Assembly (NCBI GenBank): GCA_963840035.1
Contig: CAWIXE010000001.1
Span: forward strand, 576,001 to 640,000
Origin: a candidate division FCPU426 bacterium
GTDB lineage: Bacteria; Oederibacteriota; PGYV01; Palsa-1178
DNA: 64,000 nucleotides
Reading direction: 5' to 3'
Positions 59,046 through 64,000 of the stretch are shown in pieces. The notes under the pieces were generated by a model, which ran no database searches, had not been told where the DNA came from, and saw nothing but the letters and a program-made list of their open reading frames with translations. Made by a program: the position numbers and the translations under genes. Position 1 is the stretch's first letter, and the number at the start of each line of letters is the position of its first letter.

Positions 59046-59423
59046 ATGGATAAGAATAAAATCGAAGAAGCAGACACAATAGAGGTAGAACCGGGAAATA
59101 CAGAACGGATGATAAAACGGGTTAAAAGGCACACCAAAAAGCGTTATACCGCCGAAGAAAAAATCAGGATAGTCCTCGAAGCATTCCGTAAGGAAATCAG
59201 CGTGGCAGAGCTATGCCGCAGAGAAGGTATCCACGCGCAGGTATATTACGGCTGGTTGAGGGACTTCATGGAAGCAGGCAAAGAACGGCTTCAGGGTGAT
59301 GTTTTAAGACAGGCAAACAAAGGCGAAGTTAAGGACCTGAAGAAAGAGAATGAACGGTTAAAGAACGTCATCGGGGATATGGCTCTTGAGAATAACTTGT
59401 TAAAAAAAATTATGAAAAAGTAG
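59046..59423 (+). CDS. IS3 OrfA
   Basis: RYTAEEKIRIV...VAELCRREGI HTH; A8 slippery run at 59402-59409. Confidence 0.93.
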   Translation: MDKNKIEEADTIEVEPGNTERMIKRVKRHTKKRYTAEEKIRIVLEAFRKEISVAELCRREGIHAQVYYGWLRDFMEAGKERLQGDVLRQANKGEVKDLKKENERLKNVIGDMALENNLLKKIMKK

Positions 59424-59434
59424 AAAAGCCGCAC

Positions 59435-60421
59435 TTGGGCATGGACGCCGAGGAAAAAACCGTGCTTTTAGCCCGGTTGAGGGCAATAAGGCGGGGCGAA
59501 AAACGCAGTACGCTCAAGACCCTGAAAATACCCGAATCAACGTATTACAAGTGGAGAAAAGTTCTTTACGAGGAAGGCGTAGCCGGGCTGATGAAACAAA
59601 GAAAGCCCGCGATACCGTGGAACAAGCTTCTGCCTGAAGAGGAATCAGAAGTAGTGGCAGCTGCAAAAGAACACACGGAAATGTCGCCGAGAGAGATAGC
59701 GGTTTTGATAACGGACACAGGCACTTTCAGCGTCAGTGAAAAGACGGTGCAAAGGATCTTGAAAAGGCACGACCTGCTAGCTCTAAGGCCGAAGGAAGAG
59801 TATCCTGCCGCAAAAGAATGGCACACAAAGACTGCTTCGCCTGATGAAATCTGGCAAATGGATGGCACTGCGATGTTCGTAACTAACTGGGGCTATTACA
59901 AGTATATACCAGTGATTGACGACTACTCAAGAAGAGTCATGAATTCCAGGCTTATGTTGGACGAAAGCGGATACTCCGCGTCAGATGCGGTTGAGATATC
60001 GCTGGAGGAAGCAAAAAGTCTTGGACATGTGCTAAATAGGCACCCGGTAATGCTGACCGACAACGGGCCGGCCTTCAGCGGTTGGGTGTTATCTGACTAT
60101 CTCAATAACAAGGGTATTCGGCACATTTTTGGCAGACCATATCACCCGCAGACACAGGGCAAGGTTGAGAGGTTTAACAGGACAATTAAGGACCATCTAT
60201 TTGTAGTGAATTACGACAGCCCAGAAAAACTTCAGGAGGCTTTGACAGAAGGCGTTGCCTGGTACAACAACAGGCCACATGAATCACTACAAAACGTTAG
60301 TCCAAACGATGTCTATGCAGGTCGGAAGGAGGAAATCCTCGAGCGCAGGGCAAAGAAAAAGGAATTGACCATCGAAAGGCGCAAGGCGTATAATCTTAGC
60401 AAGGAGATTGGGAATGAATAA
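59435..60421 (+). CDS. IS3 OrfB (DDE), -1 frame to OrfA
   Basis: WQMDG, IDDYSR, LTDNGPAF, HPQTQGKVER. Confidence 0.93.
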   Translation: MGMDAEEKTVLLARLRAIRRGEKRSTLKTLKIPESTYYKWRKVLYEEGVAGLMKQRKPAIPWNKLLPEEESEVVAAAKEHTEMSPREIAVLITDTGTFSVSEKTVQRILKRHDLLALRPKEEYPAAKEWHTKTASPDEIWQMDGTAMFVTNWGYYKYIPVIDDYSRRVMNSRLMLDESGYSASDAVEISLEEAKSLGHVLNRHPVMLTDNGPAFSGWVLSDYLNNKGIRHIFGRPYHPQTQGKVERFNRTIKDHLFVVNYDSPEKLQEALTEGVAWYNNRPHESLQNVSPNDVYAGRKEEILERRAKKKELTIERRKAYNLSKEIGNE

Positions 60422-60776
60422 CGCAACCGAAAGCCATCAAGTTAAAGGCGAGTCAAGACTCTACAATGTGCTGACTACGCACAACCCGATTGGAATATTA
60501 GGAGACATTAATTTATATGAATATGTTCAAAATAATTCTGTCAACATTATTGATCTAAATGGATTGTGTGGATGTAAGGATATAAAAGGGTATTTTGGAT
60601 GTATTTTAAGAATAATGGCTAGATCCCCTGAAATTCCTCTTTGCGGACAAATATGTAGTCTGTGTTATATTATTCCTCCCAGTCCATTAAAACTTGCTAC
60701 TTGTCTAGGATGTTTAGCATGTATTTCGTATGAAGTATCTAAAGAATTAGAATGTCTTAAAACTTACTGCAGATAA
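60414..60776 (+). CDS. Rhs core end + Cys-rich C-terminal toxin-like domain, fused to an IS-derived start
   Basis: PIGILGDINLYEYVQNNSVNIIDLNGL matches the Rhs-associated core end; 69-aa tail with 11 Cys. Confidence 0.75.
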   Translation: MNNATESHQVKGESRLYNVLTTHNPIGILGDINLYEYVQNNSVNIIDLNGLCGCKDIKGYFGCILRIMARSPEIPLCGQICSLCYIIPPSPLKLATCLGCLACISYEVSKELECLKTYCR

Positions 60777-60790
60777 AAGGAGAAACAAAA

Positions 60791-61261
60791 ATGCAAAAAA
60801 TGGATGTTAATAGAAACGAAATGAGAATTACTACAATTAGTACAATGATTTTTAGTGTGCTTTATATTGTTTATTACCTAATGAATTTCATTTTAGAAAA
60901 CAATCCAAAAGAATACAATAATCCAGCGGCAGCAAAATTTAACATTCTATTGTCGTTAATTTTAGTCACTTTCTTTATTGTAAAATTTGTTATTGTTAAA
61001 ACAATAAAATTTAAAATACAATACCTAATACTCGTATTATATTACACAGTTTATGATATAAGTAATTATTTAATCGTAATAAAATTTGCAAATACATATA
61101 TGCAAACCGTTGTTTTTGCCTTATCTTTTTTAATGATTGTTGTTTTTTCTGTACTAAATAAAAAAATAATTTATGAACAGCTTTTTTATAAAATTTTAAT
61201 GGGGGCGGGAATACTTGCCGTGTTTTTCCTCGCACTTATGAAACATATTTTACAATTTTAA
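60791..61261 (+). CDS. Candidate membrane immunity protein
   Basis: AAGGAG RBS, very AT-rich, about five TMs, immediately after the Rhs C-terminus. Confidence 0.6.
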   Translation: MQKMDVNRNEMRITTISTMIFSVLYIVYYLMNFILENNPKEYNNPAAAKFNILLSLILVTFFIVKFVIVKTIKFKIQYLILVLYYTVYDISNYLIVIKFANTYMQTVVFALSFLMIVVFSVLNKKIIYEQLFYKILMGAGILAVFFLALMKHILQF

Positions 61262-61378
61262 TATAACGAGAGATTTAATTCAAAAATTAATAGGTGGGTT
61301 TGGTAATAATATTTGTAATTATTCAACATAAAGGGAATTGAATAAGTATTAGTAATTAAATAAAAAGGGATATCTAAA

Positions 61379-61457
61379 ATGACTAAAAAAGTGAAAAACA
61401 CAACCACATTGTTAATCATTTTATTCTTTTCTAATATAATCAATGCAGATTGGTCTG
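61379..61457 (+). pseudogene. Signal-peptide remnant MTKKVKNTTTLLIILFFSNIINA-DWS, cut by IS
   Basis: AAAGGGA RBS; typical Sec signal. Confidence 0.6.
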
Positions 61458-61514
61458 TGTTGAAAGTCAGCTAAGAGTGGAGACTCGTCAGGTTTAATGA
61501 CATGATGGTTTTAG
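61458..61514 (+). repeat. Tandem duplicate of the first 57 bp of the IS
   Basis: Identical to 61515-61571. Confidence 0.9.
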
Positions 61515-61622
61515 TGTTGAAAGTCAGCTAAGAGTGGAGACTCGTCAGGTTTAATGACATGATGGTTTTAGGTTGTGCTCTCAAGTAAAAATGAGTAAAA
61601 TTGAAAGAAAAAGGAGCGCAAC

Positions 61623-62000
61623 ATGGATAAGAATAAAATCGAAGAAGCAGACACAATAGAGGTAGAACCGGGAAATACAGAACGGATGATAAAACGGGTT
61701 AAAAGGCACACCAAAAAGCGTTATACCGCCGAAGAAAAAATCAGGATAGTCCTCGAAGCATTCCGTAAGGAAATCAGCGTGGCAGAGCTATGCCGCAGAG
61801 AAGGTATCCACGCGCAGGTATATTACGGCTGGTTGAGGGACTTCATGGAAGCAGGCAAAGAACGGCTTCAGGGTGATGTTTTAAGACAGGCAAACAAAGG
61901 CGAAGTTAAGGACCTGAAGAAAGAGAATGAACGGTTAAAGAACGTCATCGGGGATATGGCTCTTGAGAATAACTTGTTAAAAAAAATTATGAAAAAGTAG
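61623..62000 (+). CDS. IS3 OrfA
   Basis: Protein identical to copy 1. Confidence 0.93.
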   Translation: MDKNKIEEADTIEVEPGNTERMIKRVKRHTKKRYTAEEKIRIVLEAFRKEISVAELCRREGIHAQVYYGWLRDFMEAGKERLQGDVLRQANKGEVKDLKKENERLKNVIGDMALENNLLKKIMKK

Positions 62001-62011
62001 AAAAGCCGCAC

Positions 62012-62998
62012 TTGGGCATGGACGCCGAGGAAAAAACCGTGCTTTTAGCCCGGTTGAGGGCAATAAGGCGGGGTGAAAAACGTAGTACGCTCAAGACCCT
62101 GAAAATACCAGAATCAACGTATTACAAGTGGAGAAAAGTTCTTTACGAGGAAGGCGTAGCCGGGCTGATGAAACAAAGAAAGCCTGTGATACCGTGGAAC
62201 AAGCTTCTGCCTGAAGAAGAAGTTGAAGTCGTGGCAGCAGCAAAAGAACACACGGAAATGTCGCCAAGAGAGATAGCGGTTTTGATAACGGATACAGGTA
62301 CTTTCAGTGTCAGTGAAAAGACCGTGCAGAGGATCCTGAAGAGGCACAATCTTATTGCACTCAGGCCGAAGGAAGAGCAGCCTGCCGCAAAAGAATGGCA
62401 CACAAAAACAGCCTCGCCTGATGAAATCTGGCAGATGGATGGAACCGTGATGTTCGTAACTAACTGGGGCTATTACAAGTACTTGCCAGTGATTGACGAC
62501 TACTCAAGAAGGGTCATGAATTCCAGGCTTATGTTTGACGAGAGCGGATACTCCGCGTCAGATGCGGTTGAGATATCGCTGGAGGAAGCAAAAAGTCTTG
62601 GACATGTGCTAAATAGGCACCCAGTGATGCTGACCGACAACGGCCCGGCTTTCAGCGGTTGGGTGTTATCTGATTACCTCAATAACAAGGGCATCAGGCA
62701 CATCTTTGGAAGGCCATACCACCCACAAACGCAGGGTAAGGTTGAGAGGTTTAACCGGACGATTAAGGATCACCTTTTTGTTGTAAATTACGACAGTCCA
62801 GAAAAACTGCAGGAGGCGTTGACAGAAGGTGTTGCCTGGTACAACAACAGACCGCATGAAGCGCTGCAGAACGTAAGCCCAAATGATGTTTATGCCGGAC
62901 GAAAGGAGGAGGTACTTGAACGCAGGGCGAAGAAAAAGGAATTGACCATCGAAAGGCGCAAGGCGTATAATCTTAGCAAGGAGATTGGGAATGAATAA
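62012..62998 (+). CDS. IS3 OrfB (DDE)
   Basis: Same motifs; 10 aa differences from copy 1. Confidence 0.93.
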   Translation: MGMDAEEKTVLLARLRAIRRGEKRSTLKTLKIPESTYYKWRKVLYEEGVAGLMKQRKPVIPWNKLLPEEEVEVVAAAKEHTEMSPREIAVLITDTGTFSVSEKTVQRILKRHNLIALRPKEEQPAAKEWHTKTASPDEIWQMDGTVMFVTNWGYYKYLPVIDDYSRRVMNSRLMFDESGYSASDAVEISLEEAKSLGHVLNRHPVMLTDNGPAFSGWVLSDYLNNKGIRHIFGRPYHPQTQGKVERFNRTIKDHLFVVNYDSPEKLQEALTEGVAWYNNRPHEALQNVSPNDVYAGRKEEVLERRAKKKELTIERRKAYNLSKEIGNE

Positions 62999-63060
62999 CA
63001 CAACCGAAAGCCATCAAGTTAAAGGCGAGTCAAGACTCTACAATGTGCTGACTACGCACA

Positions 63061-63645
63061 ACGATCGTTAGCGGTGATTTTGGTGACAGCCAGACTCGGT
63101 ACTTGAAAGTAACCTTTACTGCAAGCACGGGAAGTATCGTACAAAATGGTTACGTTGAGGTCCAGACACGATTTAACAAGCAAGATTGGAGTTCCTACAC
63201 GCAGTCCAATGACTGGAGTTACGTCAATTATACTGATTTTACAAATTGGGATAAAGTTGTTGTATTAGTCGATGGATCAAAGGTCTGGGGAATGGCACCG
63301 GGGGTTGGATTATTGAGCATTTCAAAGATACAGCCCACAAGGAAAATCACCATAGAACCACTGTCGGAAAAAAGCGTTTACAATTATCCCAACCCATTTA
63401 GCGGTGAAACGGTAATAAGGTACTCATTAGACAATGTTTCCGATGTACAAATATCAATTTATGATTCAAATAACAAGCCAGTATGGTCAAGGTCTTTGGA
63501 GTCAGCGGAGGTTACTATGGGAGTAAATACGATAACATGGAACGCAAAAAACGGTAAAGGCAAAAGGGTTTCAAACGGTATTTATATGCTTGAGATTAAA
63601 TCAGGAAATAAAGTTGTCATAAAAAAGATAGCAGTAATAAAATAA
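63061..63645 (+). pseudogene. C-terminal remnant: partial CBM3 + FlgD-Ig/T9SS-like C-terminal domain
   Basis: YLKVTF...EVQTRFNKQDWSSYTQSNDWSY...VWG (CBM3); YNYPNPF...WNAKN...NGIY; frame is open up to the IS end. Confidence 0.8.
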
Positions 63646-63658
63646 CAGGAGATAATAA

Positions 63659-64000
63659 ATGAAAAAAGCAATTTTGACGTTTGTAATTATTCTATTAAGC
63701 AGCAATATTGTATTTGCTGAAACAGCGGATAAAATAATGACAAAGGCGTACGAAGGTTTTGACAAAATAAAATCCTTTAGCGCTAAATTTTCATATAGCA
63801 CAAAGGAAACAGGGAAAAACAAAAATATAAAGGAAAACAAAAGCGTTAAGAGCATAACTTTTAATAAGGATGAAACAAAGAATGCAGAATCGAAAAACAA
63901 AACAACCGTAACAACAGGCCAAAACACAGCCGACGACAAGACAATTACAAAACTTTATCCCGAATGTCTGTTTAATATAAAAGAATTTTTAAGCAATTAT
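63659..64000 (+). CDS. Secreted protein, 3'-partial, possibly LolA-like
   Basis: AGGAG RBS; MKKAILTF...VFA signal; DKIKSFSAKF. Confidence 0.6.
   Translation, partial: MKKAILTFVIILLSSNIVFAETADKIMTKAYEGFDKIKSFSAKFSYSTKETGKNKNIKENKSVKSITFNKDETKNAESKNKTTVTTGQNTADDKTITKLYPECLFNIKEFLSNY

Larger units (their letters stand above)
58938..60483 (+). mobile_element. IS3-family element, copy 1 (1546 bp)
   Basis: TGT...ACA ends with imperfect IR (AGTCAGC core); orfA/orfB. Confidence 0.93.
61515..63060 (+). mobile_element. IS3-family element, copy 2 (1546 bp)
   Basis: Same ends and ORFs as copy 1. Confidence 0.93.

Noticed and set aside
61258..61443. 61-aa minus-strand ORF
   Set aside because: AT-rich chance ORF; the plus-strand signal-peptide remnant at 61379 explains the region better
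58938..63060. Simple composite transposon inserted into one gene (58666 joined to 63061)
   Set aside because: Outer flanks differ (ACC vs ACG), the frames do not join, and the CBM3 begins mid-domain

Overview
Bacterial chromosomal window; the taxon cannot be determined from sequence alone. (1) 1-5.2 kb: the end of a large Thr-repeat surface protein, smpB, two AT-rich paralogous membrane genes and tmRNA (ssrA, tag ANDYALAA). (2) 5187-17945: a ~12.7 kb element integrated in the tmRNA 3' end with an 18-bp direct repeat. It carries a large serine integrase whose reading frame runs through the att site, a structured leader with a small hydrophobic ORF, a wHTH Rep-like gene with an internal origin-like repeat cluster, a type II-like R-M pair, and an unusual IS holding two intact DDE transposases within one pair of inverted repeats. 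(3) 18-30 kb: a LacI-controlled GH16-CBM6-GH64 glucanase, an uncharacterised secreted/outer-membrane operon and a REC-HD-GYP gene. (4) 30-58 kb: glycine cleavage and lipoate genes, CapA, O-antigen ligase-TPR, a TetR-HlyD-ABC-2 exporter, a DinG helicase and other housekeeping genes, with many junctions occupied by inverted 7-/9-mer repeat hairpins or REP-like palindromes. (5) 58.6-64 kb: two IS3-family copies, each lying between the N- and C-terminal remnants of a secreted protein (an Rhs toxin with candidate immunity gene, and a CBM3 protein). All calls come from reading motifs by eye; no database searches were run.
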